Below, one piece after another: positions 51,307 through 64,000 of a stretch of DNA of 64,000 nucleotides. Where the stretch lies: positions 18,786,001 to 18,850,000 of the forward strand of contig NC_043010.1 of NCBI RefSeq assembly GCF_006345805.1, written 5' to 3'. The stretch is from Octopus sinensis. Lineage: Eukaryota. The notes below the pieces were generated by a model that was not told the origin of the DNA, searched no databases, and saw nothing but the letters and a program-made list of their open reading frames with translations. The translations under genes and the position numbers were made by a program. Each line of letters starts with the position of its first letter. Positions within the stretch are counted from its first letter, which is position 1.

Positions 51307-51536
51307 ATGTTGATTTGCAGTGAATGTAGCATTCCTTGCAATCTGACCCATGCGCTGGCCACATGTAAAGCTGATAATAAGGAGGAATCGGATTCTTTTA
51401 TATTTCTAACACCCCATGAGGATAATCCTTTGTTGCATTATCACTCAACAGAGGTTGAGAGTGATTCGTGTATGGATGAGAACACCCTGCTCTATGCAGG
51501 GGCACTGCAAGGACTCTTTGCCAACCTTTATACAAG
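51307..51536 (+). CDS. KNDC1: Exon 15 (REM start)
   Basis: MLICSECSIP...TLLYAGALQGLFANLYTR; donor AG|GTAAGA; phase 0 to 2. Confidence 0.85.
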
Positions 51537-51679
51537 GTAAGAAAGTGTTCAAGTGTTGAGCTTGTCATTGTTGCTGTTGCTGTTGTTGTTGTTTAAGTTG
51601 TTGCTGTTGTACTCCAATTGATGTAGTTGCCCAAACAGCAAAAAAAGATCTTTCACGGGTAAAATATATGCATATATAT

Positions 51680-51945
51680 TTCTTGTGGGCGAACCGGCAG
51701 CCAAGTCCACAGGACTGTTTACAAATGTTCACTCAGGTGAGCCTAGAAGATATGATGTTCGTTCCTGCTTCGAAGAGAGAGCATCTCTGTGCGTAGGGTT
51801 TTCCGTGAGAGAAGTCTTAGCCACGTCCGTCCGCTAGCGCTGCTCTTCCAGAAAAAAAGACCGATTTTAATGGGGGCGCTTCAAGTTGCAGTTCCTGCGC
51901 ATGCGCATGAGGAAACTTCCGGTGGCCAACCGGAAGTAATCCAAT
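51680..51945. promoter_or_regulatory. CpG-rich intronic promoter-like patch with NRF1-type and paired ETS/GABP-type motifs
   Basis: Perfect TGCGCATGCGCA at 51896-51907; ACTTCCGG at 51915-51922 and CCGGAAGT at 51930-51937 in inverted orientation; CpG density is clearly above the flanks. Confidence 0.6.
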
Positions 51946-52447
51946 TCTGTGCATGCACACTGAAACTTCCACAGTAGTGTCACTACATCTTGGTAAAAAG
52001 GGTTGAAGAACTCTTCAAAATGATCTCATTCTTGCTATTTCAACCTGAAGAATGTAAAACCAAGATGCAGGAATAGTCCCAGAGATTATAGGAATGCAAT
52101 GAACTGTGAAACATGGTACAGAGAAAGTAACAAAGTATTGACTGAGAAATTTCCCACAGAGTGAATCCCAGAAGAGGGCACCACTAATTCTGGTAGCCGA
52201 AATCTAAAGGGAGATAACTACATTAATGCTTCAAAGTCTGAAAACAAGACTTCATGTTTATAAAAGAAGTAGGAAGAGTATAATTGATTGTACAGACATA
52301 TATTACTGATACTTTGGTTCTTGTTTATCAACCTAGACTAAGAGGAGTTAATTTCATCCAAGCAGGATTTGAACTTAGAATATAGATGTGGTGATAATAG
52401 ATGGGACTATGTTATATATTTGTATCATTTCTACAAATTCATGGTCC

Positions 52448-52550
<103 letters not shown>

Positions 52551-52564
52551 TAATAAGAAGAAGA

Positions 52565-52700
52565 AGAAGAAGAAGAAGAGACAGGCTATAAGTACTTGGG
52601 GATTTTGGAAATGGATAAAGTGATGGAGAAAGAAACGACAGAAAAATTTAAGGTGGAGTACTTGCGCAGACTGAGACTGATCCTTAAGTTGAAATTAAAT
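52565..52700 (+). mobile_element. LINE RT thumb fragment
   Basis: ETGYKYLGILEMDKVMEKETTEKFKVEYLRRLRLILKLKLN. Confidence 0.75.
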
Positions 52701-53025
52701 TGGATGGAATAAGAATTTGTGACGGAATTGTCACAAAGAAGAATTGGTCCTTTTCAATTGACTAATGTTAGACATAAGCCTTACAGTTCTTGGTACATTT
52801 TATCTATTTCCTGGCAATACTACAATTGTTCCAGACATGACTGTGTGTTTCTCTTCTTAGAACAATATGGGTGTGACTAGAATGAGATTTGGCTGTTATT
52901 TCTAGTAGGGAGAGCGACTGTATAATGACTGCCTTCGCTGACTATTTTGATCAGATTCTGTTTCTGTTGTTGTTGTCTAACACCATCTCCTTCTATATTT
53001 TCACCACCACCAACACCACTACCAG

Positions 53026-53136
53026 GACTGCACTGACCAGTGGCTACATCCACCAATTCTTTTACTGCTATCGGTACTTCACCTCTCCACTCCAACTCTT
53101 CACTTTTCTCAGGCAGACATACACAATGTCTCACAA
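53026..53136 (+). CDS. KNDC1: Exon 16 (REM)
   Basis: RTALTSGYIHQFFYCYRYFTSPLQLFTFLRQ; donor GTAAGT; phase 2 to 2. Confidence 0.88.
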
Positions 53137-53222
53137 GTAAGTACTCCTCCTCTTCCTCCTCCGCCCCCCCTCCTCCTCCTCCAACCACCACCACCACCAC
53201 CACCACCACCACCACCACCACC

Positions 53223-53254
<32 letters not shown>

Positions 53255-54133
53255 ACTACTACTATACTACTACTACTACTACTACACTACTACTACTACT
53301 ACTACTACTACAGAACAGACAATTGGAGACTGGTGCAGATCTCCAGTCTTGCCAGTTCCTACCAAATTGTCCAACCCATGCCAGCATGGAAAAGGGACAT
53401 TAAATGATGATGAGGATGATGACGATGATGATTCAGCAGAATCGTCAGCACTTTGGACAAAATGCTTTGTGACATTTCGTTTGTCTTCATGTTCTGAGTT
53501 TAAATTCCAGCAAGGTAAACTTTGCCTGTCATCCTTTCGAGGGTCAATAAAATAAAATGAATGTTAAATGAGGATAATGATGATGATGATAATGATGATG
53601 ATGATCATCAGTAGTAGTAGTAGTAGTAATGTATTGCAATAGGCCTCTAAAGATATTTCTAATCACTATTTCAATTTCCTTTTCCCTGTTTTCCTTTCTT
53701 ACTGCCATCCACCCACCCATCCATCCCCCCATCCCCCATCCCTCCATCCATCCAACCATCCACCCAACCATCCATCCCTCCATCCACTTGCCCACAGATC
53801 CACCCATCCATCCATTAATCCACCCACCCACCCATCCACCCACCCATCCATCCACCCATCCATCCACTCGCCCACACATCCACCCATCCACCCATCCATT
53901 CATCCACCCACCCACCGATCCATCCATCCCTCCCTCCCTCCATCCACCCATCTATCTATCCACCAATCTATCAATCCACCCATCCATCCATCCATCTACC
54001 CACCCATCCATCCACCCATCCATCCACCCACCCACCCATCAACCCATCCATCCACTCACCCACCCATCCACCCATCCACCCATCCATCATTCTACTCTTT
54101 TTACTCACATCTTCCCATTATACCCCTGGGTAG

Positions 54134-54272
54134 ATTCCAACCTTCCCATATGGCTGCCATCATTGCCAAGAGGACTCTGCTGTTGCTCTCCTGGTGGCTT
54201 AACGATTATTACACGATTGACTTCAAAGTGAGAACCACCTTGAAACGGTTGGTGGAAGAGTTCATTATGAAG
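54134..54272 (+). CDS. KNDC1: Exon 17 (REM)
   Basis: AAIIAKRTLLLLSWWLNDYYTIDFKVRTTLKRLVEEFIMK; donor GTGAGT; phase 2 to 0. Confidence 0.88.
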
Positions 54273-54999
54273 GTGAGTCTGGCATTTATTATTAGTACTG
54301 CTGTTGTTGTTGCTATCATTGCTGTTGTGCTTGTTGTTGTTGTTGTCGTGTTTGTTGTTGATTTTGTTTCTTTGCTTCAGTTCAGTCCAAATTGAACAGA
54401 CTGATGATCAAAGGTAGGTGTTCCAGCCTTGACCATCCCCCATCTCTTTAGAGTTATGGCTGTACTTACATAATTCAATTGATCCTTAAGATGGTCGTGT
54501 TGGTGTAGTTGGCTGCTATTTCTAGTAAGTTGAGCGGCTGAAAAGAGAAGCTTTTTACATTATTATTCACACAACACTGCCTCTTTTTTTTAGCCAGCAG
54601 TGTTGTGTCAAACACACACACACACAAACACACACATGCACAAACATATACGAAAGGCTTCTTTCAGTTTCCATCTATCCAAGCTGCTCACAAGGCCAAG
54701 GCACTTAACCAATGTGATACGATTCTGGGTACTGAACCCAGGACCATGTGGTTGGGAAGCAAACTTCTTACCACACAGCCACGCCCAAGCCTGGGGGTGT
54801 AAGATGACAGCATCCAAGCATGTTTGAGTCTTCATCTAGAGAGATGCAAAATGGCTCGGTCATCCGCAAAACAAGGAAGTCAGCATCTCACTCCAAGAAG
54901 CATCTTTTAGACCCAAACAAGAGTTGGTGTTGCCAAAGATTTACTCAGCTTTCGACTAATTTTGGTAAAACCTGAGACTGCAAGAACAGGGGACCAAAC

Positions 55000-56735
<1,736 letters not shown>

Positions 56736-56806
56736 TGACAAGTGTTTTTGTTTTGTTTTTTTCCCCCTGCTATTATCTCCCTCACCTCTCCCCCCTCCCC
56801 CTACAG

Positions 56807-56941
56807 CTACCAGTGGACGATGAGACAGCAGAAATGGTTAGGACTGCGTGGACATTCCACACTGCTGGACATCCAGAGGTGACAAGAAAGCTCATGGCTG
56901 AGGACAGCCTGGTCTCCCATGTCTTGTCCACAGGGAACAAG
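56807..56941 (+). CDS. KNDC1: Exon 18
   Basis: LPVDDETAEMVRTAW...VLSTGNK; C-rich acceptor, AAG|GTGAGT donor; only frame 0 is open. Confidence 0.8.
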
Positions 56942-57214
56942 GTGAGTTGGGTCATTTTATTACGGTAAAACCAGACCATATTGTGGGAGAACTGGGTCAT
57001 GTTAGGGGAAAATGGGCACACATCAGAGGGAAATGAATGGCTAACTCAAAAGTTTTCAAAATACCCAATGGATTAACAGTTAGTAGTGATGGTGGGGGTG
57101 GTACTGTTCATGTTGAAGTTACAAAAACAGAGAAATGGCATTCGAGAGACTTAAGAATTCTGTCTAAACTTGGTATTTCATGCTTGTATTCAAAACTGTC
57201 GTTGACTATATTAG

Positions 57215-57516
57215 GTACATTATTTACATTATTTACATTTGACGGATATTTGTCCTCATCTTGTTTGCTGCTAACACAACATTTTGGCTGATATACCCTC
57301 CAGCCTTCATCAGGTGTCTTGGGGAAATTTCAAACCTGGGTTCTCATTCCTAAGGTATTTTTCGATGTTATTATTATTTTTATTATTATTATCATTGTTA
57401 TTATTATTATTCAGGTGACTGCCTGGAATCGAACTTGGAATCTTGGGGATAGTAGCCTTCGCTCTTAACTACTACGCCATATGCCTGTCAAAATGTAAAT
57501 AATGTAAATAATGTAC
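57215..57516 (-). mobile_element. tRNA-headed, hammerhead-bearing element with inverted terminal arm
   Basis: tRNA-like head at 57485-57411 (TGGCGTAGTAGTT A box, GTTCGATTCC B box), a (TAA)n spacer, a hammerhead at 57318-57273, and inverted arms at 57215-57243 / 57487-57516. Confidence 0.72.
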
Positions 57517-58099
57517 ATAATTCCTCATCTCTTAAATATAGAACTGTCTTTAACTATTCCTGGAAGAAATTCACCACAACAATATACCCCACCCACCTTC
57601 TATCCCTTAAATTCTTTGCAAACTTCCAAGTTGCTTCCTTTATTTAGTTTTCAAAGAAGTACTTGCAGAGTTACAGACACAGGACTGGCTGTGTGGTTAA
57701 GAAGCTTGCTTCTAAGCCACATGGTTCTGGGTTCAGTCTCACTACATGGCACCTTGGGCCCATGAAGTTTACTCTGGGTACAGCAGTGTATAGAATTCCT
57801 ACATCCTCCATAATAATGTGAAAGTTGGTTGGATCTTTAGATTCAATAATATTTATCTCTCACCGGATGCAGTACTCTTTTTCTTGAACTTTCTATCATG
57901 GATCCATACATTATCTCCCTCCTAACATTGGCTTTTCACCTCAAATTCATAACTGCCACATAATTGGTGTAATTGCTTGTTAAGTTCAATGAATCTAAAG
58001 ATTCAACCAAGTTTCACATTATTATGGATTAGTGGCGCTTTAATACATGTATGGTGACCTTTAAATAAATAATATTTATCTCTCACCAGACAGAGTACT

Positions 58100-58403
58100 T
58101 TTTAGGGTGAAAACACACCAACATCGGTCGTCAAGCGATGGCGTGGGGACAAACACAGAACACACAAATACATACACACACACACATACACACACACACA
58201 CATACACACACACATACACACACATATATATATATACATGATGGGCTTCTTTCAGTTTCCATCTACCAAATCCACTCACAAGGATTTGGACAGCCTGAGG
58301 CTGTAGTAGAAGACATTTGCCCAAGGTGCCACGCAGTGGGACTGAACCCAAAACCATGTGGTTGGTAAGCAAGCTCATTACCACACAGCCACACCTCTGC
58401 CTA
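58100..58403 (-). mobile_element. Family A SINE (3' truncated)
   Basis: Reverse-strand homologue; other partial copies lie at 54605-54787(-), 57680-57760(+) and 12575-12780(+). Confidence 0.85.
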
Positions 58404-58537
58404 TACATATATTCTTCAAAAGAAGATTAATCTTAATTAACCAGCTGATAATTAGAAATAGGTAACTCATACTACCAGAAATCAGAGCCTTTTAGTTGAA
58501 TATAAAGATATATATGGTGGGTGGGGTATGCATGTAT

Positions 58538-58573
<36 letters not shown>

Positions 58574-58619
58574 GTGTGTGTTGTGTGTTTAATGGTTTTT
58601 GTGATAACATATATTTTAG

Positions 58620-58820
58620 ACGAAGCGTATGTCCTGTTCCGACCATGATGTCCACCAGATCGAATACCTGTTGGCTTCCAACATGATAAGGGAGAGAGCA
58701 GGGAGCTGTTTAACAATTCCTAGCAAAACTGCTGAAGAACCTGTGGAAGATTCCGGAACGTTTTGTCTCAAGGATTTCACGGCTGAAGAACTGGCGGAAC
58801 AACTCACTCTTATGGAACAG
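58620..58820 (+). CDS. KNDC1: Exon 19 (CDC25 domain start)
   Basis: ...FCLKDFTAEELAEQLTLMEQ; phase 0 to 0. Confidence 0.9.
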
Positions 58821-59184
58821 GTCTTTAGTTTTATATCTTCCCTCTTTTCAGGACAGTTTGTCTGTGTGTGTGTGTGTGTGTGTGTGTTTATGTATGTGTG
58901 TGTTTATGTATGTGTGTGTGTGTGTGCATGTAGGTGTGTGCCTACAAATGTGTGTGCAGGTGTGTGTGTGTGTGTGTGAGTGTGTTTGTGTGTGTGTATG
59001 TATTTATGTGTGTGTAGGTGTTTGTGTGTGTGTGTGTGTGAGAGAGAGTGTGTTTGTGCGTGTGTGTGCATGTATTTATATGTGTGTGAGTGTGGGTGTA
59101 TGTGTGTGCATGTGTTTATGAATGTGCTTGTGTGTGTGCATGTATGTGTGTGCCTACAAATGTGTGTGTGCAGGTGTTTGTGTG

Positions 59185-59223
<39 letters not shown>

Positions 59224-59719
59224 ATACATGTGCTTGCATACATGCATGTGTGCATGTGTGAGGGAGTTTTGACATGTGGTCACATTGGTGGAATGTTATC
59301 TACTTGCAATTATTGCTGTTACTGTTGCTGAACTACAGGTCGTCCCTCACAAAAGGCAATCCAACTGTGACCCACATGTCACATTTCCAAATTGTTGGCA
59401 TGATTTGAAGTAGATTGAAGTCAGCGAGCTGGCAGAAACGTTAGCACGCCAGGTGAAATGCTTAGCAGTATTTTCTCTGCCTTTACATTCTGAGTTCAAA
59501 TTCCGCTGAGGTTGACTTTGCCTTTCATCCTTTTGGGGTCGATAAATTAAGTACCAGTTGTATACTGGGGTCGATCTAATTGACTGGCCCCCTACCCAAA
59601 AATTTTGGGCCTTGTGCCTAGAGTAGAAAAGATTTTAAGGAAATTGGGCTGCTACTTCAAGCTATTCTATCAGCTGGCTCCCTTCAGCTCATTGTTGCTG
59701 AGTTTCCACATTGTGTATA

Positions 59720-60030
59720 TTGAAAGATATAAAGTGTCCAGACTTAGAATTTCCAGGTATCAACCCATGCTAGCATGGAAAGCGGACGTTAAACGATGAT
59801 GATGATGATGATGAAAGTGTCCAAAAATAAGTGTCCATACTAAGAATGTCCAAACTAAGAGTGTCCAGGTATAAAGAGTTCATGTATAAAGTGTCCAGAA
59901 ATAAATGACCAGATTAGGGAATCCAGACTAAGAGTCCCCAGATATAAAATGACTAGATATAAGGAATCTCGGTATAAGATGACCAGATGTGACGTGACTG
60001 GTCATAAAGTGCCCAGGCATTAAATATCCA
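59720..60030. repeat. Degenerate ~15-bp tandem repeat (AAAGTGTCCAGATAT-like), interrupted by a family E tail
   Basis: Recurrent aagtgtcca/aatgtcca/agtgccca units; insert at 59761-59813. Confidence 0.6.
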
Positions 60031-60268
60031 AGCAAAATTTTCTGACATCAAATTTTTGATTGAAGTAATTGTTTTGTTTTCTCCTTGGTCTAGTTGTGTT
60101 GTAAACCTTGATTTAGCTTCAAACCTAAGTTAAAGCCCACACATGACCACCACTACCAACTGGACAAAGAAACCTTTTCAGTCTTAATATATTCAATATA
60201 TGCTGCTCCTATTAGAAATATATAAAAGTCCTGTTATGTGTTGACCTCAGATATTATCCTTATCTTTT

Positions 60269-60303
<35 letters not shown>

Positions 60304-60613
60304 GTAGCCTAGTTGTAATGTGCCTTCACTCTCAGGTATTTCCACTTCTCTTCACCTCTATCATGACCTTTTCTCTTGGTTCAGCATTAGCTATTTATAT
60401 CAGTCTTAGATAACTTCCTCTCCCCACTCCCACCCCTATGTTTTTCCTCTCATTGTTTGAGAATTGGTGAAGGCTTTGAGTGCAGTCCTTCCCTCCAGAG
60501 CAAACCAATTACCCTCATCCCACCACCCAAACAGACAAAAAACAGGAAGGATATTTATTTCTTTACTCGCTTTACTAATTTTAATTAATTTGCTTTTCTC
60601 TTTGATTTTCCAG

Positions 60614-60717
60614 AATTTATTCCAAAACGTACATCCTGTGCACTTTCTGAATTCAAAATACAATGGTTTCACCCCTTCTCTTTCAATTCCAGGATGGAGT
60701 AGCACTCGATCAATTCG
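60614..60717 (+). CDS. KNDC1: Exon 20 (CDC25)
   Basis: NLFQNVHPVHFLNSK, which closely resembles the ELFQKCHPVHFLNS motif I recall from vertebrate KNDC1; phase 0 to 2. Confidence 0.9.
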
Positions 60718-60758
60718 GTAAATTGACAACAATTTTATTCTATGGTTAGTTCTTCAGA

Positions 60759-61561
60759 CAGGGCATTCAGGCTAAATTTGCCAATTTTTTATATCACATT
60801 TTTCAGGAACATCTTAAGGTGAACAGTCAACAGCGTTGGAGAGCATGAAGATTAAATTTGTAGTTGAGGAAAAGTTGGCTGACACAGAAGATTGAAAGCT
60901 GCCTGAATATTGGAAAAGAGTTCCTTGTATCATGATTCAAGCCAGATATCAAAATGCTGACATCATAGCATGGACAGCTGCAATGGAGACTACAAAACCA
61001 TGGCCAGCAGGAAGGGACACAGCAGATGTTCCCACTATATCTGCATGCCAGAATCCATCCCCACATCTTTGACTGAGCCTTCGGTTCAATTTAGATGGCT
61101 AAGTGAACTGCTGGAGACTGGGAGTTGCTGCTGGAAGGCCATCTGTGTGGCAGCAGGTTTTGGTTCCTTGGTTTCCCTTCAGAAAGAGTTAAAAGTGGCT
61201 GTCGGAGAATTTCTACAACTTCACCTGCCCCAGTTTCTGGACTCCTAATTGACCCCAACTGTAATCCAATGGATTAATATGTGTGGGGCACAGCTGAGAA
61301 AAATGCCATCTGCCCTGCCTGCAACACCAAGGCCAAGCTGGTGGCCAAAGTCAAGGAGTGAGGACACAGTGAGGAATGCATGTGCCTGATTCTGGAACCA
61401 GGGTGGAAGCTGAGGGTGGCTACATTGAGTAAACTGTTATCTCTCAGCCATAATCTAGTTTTGAGGTTTTTTGGGTGTTTTTAAATAGTTTTATTTTTGG
61501 ATGGAATATTGTACTTTCTTTCCCCTTTATGCAAACTGCCAAATATAACCCAAACACCCTG
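60759..61561 (+). mobile_element. Internally deleted Tc1/mariner transposon
   Basis: Degenerate TIRs cagggcattcaggctaaatttgccaatt / aactgccaaatataacccaaacaccctg. Transposase remnant WQQVLVP..RKS*KWLSENFYNFTCPSFWTPN*P..NPMD..VWG...EAEGGYIE*. Confidence 0.82.
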
Positions 61562-61573
61562 TGCGTGTGTGTA

Positions 61574-61632
<59 letters not shown>

Positions 61633-61930
61633 CAAAATGGGACAAGAATGCAAAACATCCGGACAACTAGGTGATACAAAATGGGACAACAAAACATCCA
61701 GATAGACGATACCAAAAAACAAGGATGGGTCATTCGAAGCTTTCTATCTTCAGTCAAGAACCGGATCATCCTTGCAATTTCAGCTGATTAATATTGAGAT
61801 TGCTCCAATCTGGCCAGCCCCAAGGACAAACTAAGCTAAGTGCATTGGATTGCTTGGAAGAAAGCATCGAATGTATACGGAAACAAGGACGGAAAACAGA
61901 CGATGTTACATAAATATAAATACAAAATAC

Positions 61931-61979
<49 letters not shown>

Positions 61980-62074
61980 GGACATAAAAACAGATGTCTT
62001 TCGACTTGGGACGAATTGAATTCAGCTGATATATATATATATCTAGTGTGTTGTGAATTTATGGAAAGGAATCC

Positions 62075-62200
62075 CATAAAACTCAACAATTTTGTTAAAA
62101 ATGGAGAAGAGATGTCAAAATACATAAGAGAATTAAAAATTTTCTTATATATTTTAACACCTTTTCTTCTCCATTTTTAACAAAATTGTTGAGTTTTATG
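62075..62200. repeat. Palindrome (~36-bp perfect outer arms, imperfect inner stem)
   Basis: cataaaactcaacaattttgttaaaaatggagaaga / tcttctccatttttaacaaaattgttgagttttatg. Confidence 0.88.
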
Positions 62201-62363
62201 AAAACTTTTGATCAGCAAACAAACAAATTGACCAACATCGGTTAATTATTGTTTAATCCAAAACTTAATGTTGCTTACAGCCGTTTCGGCTACCAATGGC
62301 AGTCGGTGCCTATAAAGAAAATTCTAAAAATAATATTCATCATCTTTATAGCACATTGATCTA

Positions 62364-62397
<34 letters not shown>

Positions 62398-62941
62398 ATT
62401 TAATGTTGTTATTGGTTATGGCTGGTCAGAAAGTTACCATTAGTTTCATACCTGTTATGTTCTTAGCAATTTTGTGAGCTGAGTTTGCCATCAGCAAGTA
62501 AATGAAGGAAGGCCAGTAAATTGACAACTGAGACAAAGTGTGTTCTTTGTGATGTCTACTCATAACTCTGTGTCCAATGAGATCAATAACAAATAAGTAA
62601 CGTCCTAATTGTTAACCAATCAGTTTATTGAATTTTTGTAAAAAGCTTGACCATTAACCCTTAAACAGCAGGCGTTGTCAATTGATGTTTCATAAATTTT
62701 ACATGAATATGGTTATTGTCAAAGGGAAGTGAATATTTTATGGCGCTTTTTGAAAACATGATTGCAAATTTTATTGCGAAAGAGACCAACAACCACAATA
62801 GTTTTTGTTCTTATTTAAAATGAAAATAAGTATAAAAATTCTTTCTTTTTTGTCTTTTTGCCCTTTTGGCACAGATGTTTTTGCAACCATTTCTTGCCAT
62901 TAAAGGGTTAGTAATGCCAACCTCCAATTCTCTGTTTCTAG

Positions 62942-63080
62942 AACAAAGAGAGATTCTGCCAGCAGCCTGTTTGTCCAGGACAGCAATCCAAGTTGTTCAG
63001 TTATAGAAATTCAAGTGAAACATTCTCATGAAATTGCACATTGGGTCGGAGCAGAACTTATTTTGGCCCCTTCTACAAAA
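62942..63080 (+). CDS. KNDC1: Exon 21 (CDC25); gene continues past the window
   Basis: RTKRDSASSLFVQD...VKHSHEIAHWVGAELILAPSTK; donor GTAAGG; phase 2 to 0. Confidence 0.88.
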
Positions 63081-64000
63081 GTAAGGATTTTAGTTTGGTT
63101 TGCTTGTAACAATCAGACTGACATCTGTGTGATGAAACACACGTGCACGCACAAACACACACACACATACACATACACATACTCACTCATGCACATGCAC
63201 ACATACATACATGCACACACACACACACATGCTCACTCATGCACATACACAGACAGACATACACACAGGCACATACACATACATGCTCACGCGCACACAC
63301 ACACACACACAGACATACACACATTCATGCACATACACACACACATACATGCTCACTCACACACACACACACACACACACTCATGTATGTTCACTCATGC
63401 ACACACTCACACACAGACACACACATGCATGCACACACACACACATACATGCTCACTCATACAAACACACACTCACACACACTATTATTTATAGATGCTA
63501 AAGTATTTACATAGAGTTATGTCCCTTCCATCATTAATTAAATCACTACACTATTTATGTAACAGCTTAATTAATAAATGAATAATTAGAACATAAAATG
63601 AGCCAACAAAGGAGTATCCTCTTTCAACCTGCTAGAAATAGCAGCTAAAAATAGGCTAAAGGTGTCATAGAATTGCTTGAACTAGATTGCCACTCACTCA
63701 CTTTCTATTTAAAGTAATTGAATGCTATATTTGGCGATGGTACGTGACTAGTTTTCTAAGTATTGTGTATATCAGTAACATTGTGTATTAGTAATCTGTT
63801 CTTACAAAATGAGATAACACACACACATAGACACATTGTAGATGGCAACCGAAAAGCAAATATTCCATGAGTTCCAATAAAGTTCTCCTGGATATACTTC
63901 ACAAATCTTGAATGATGTGTTGTAAGGAAGTTAAAATCTTATGAAGTCTTCTATATTTCATACTTAATCTACCATGTCTTTCAACAGTGTGTATATATTG

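Noticed and set aside
51690-51955. RNase MRP/RNase P or telomerase RNA
   Set aside because: Only short partial look-alikes (aagtccacaggac, gagaagtcttag, aaccta-like AACCCTA). No P4 pairing and the template is too short.

Overview
AT-rich, microsatellite-saturated animal genomic DNA, most likely an octopus or other coleoid cephalopod. This is inferred from the SINE families and repeat style and is not proven. One large plus-strand gene spans 6334 to beyond 63080. I assembled 21 coding exons by hand with consistent splice phases (exon 8 acceptor unresolved). They encode two KIND domains, very long low-complexity linkers, a REM (RasGEF_N) domain and the start of a CDC25 RasGEF domain, i.e. a very-KIND/KNDC1 orthologue. 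The 5' flank and introns hold decayed Gypsy, Penelope-like (PLE), RLE-type LINE, Tc1/mariner and Helentron-type elements, several tRNA-derived SINE families, and a 5.3 kb array of a 25-bp satellite that produces three artefactual ~1800-aa ORFs. The most unusual signal is a set of non-coding elements that combine minimal type I hammerhead ribozyme cores with inverted (fold-back) arms. One has an intact core in a circularly permuted ~580-bp unit, and one carries a tRNA-like head. There is also a head-to-head U6 snRNA palindrome folded exactly at the U6 +1 position, and a 5S-rRNA-headed SINE-like chimera. A CpG-rich NRF1/ETS promoter-like patch sits inside a late intron. All calls come from reading the sequence by eye; no database searches were run.
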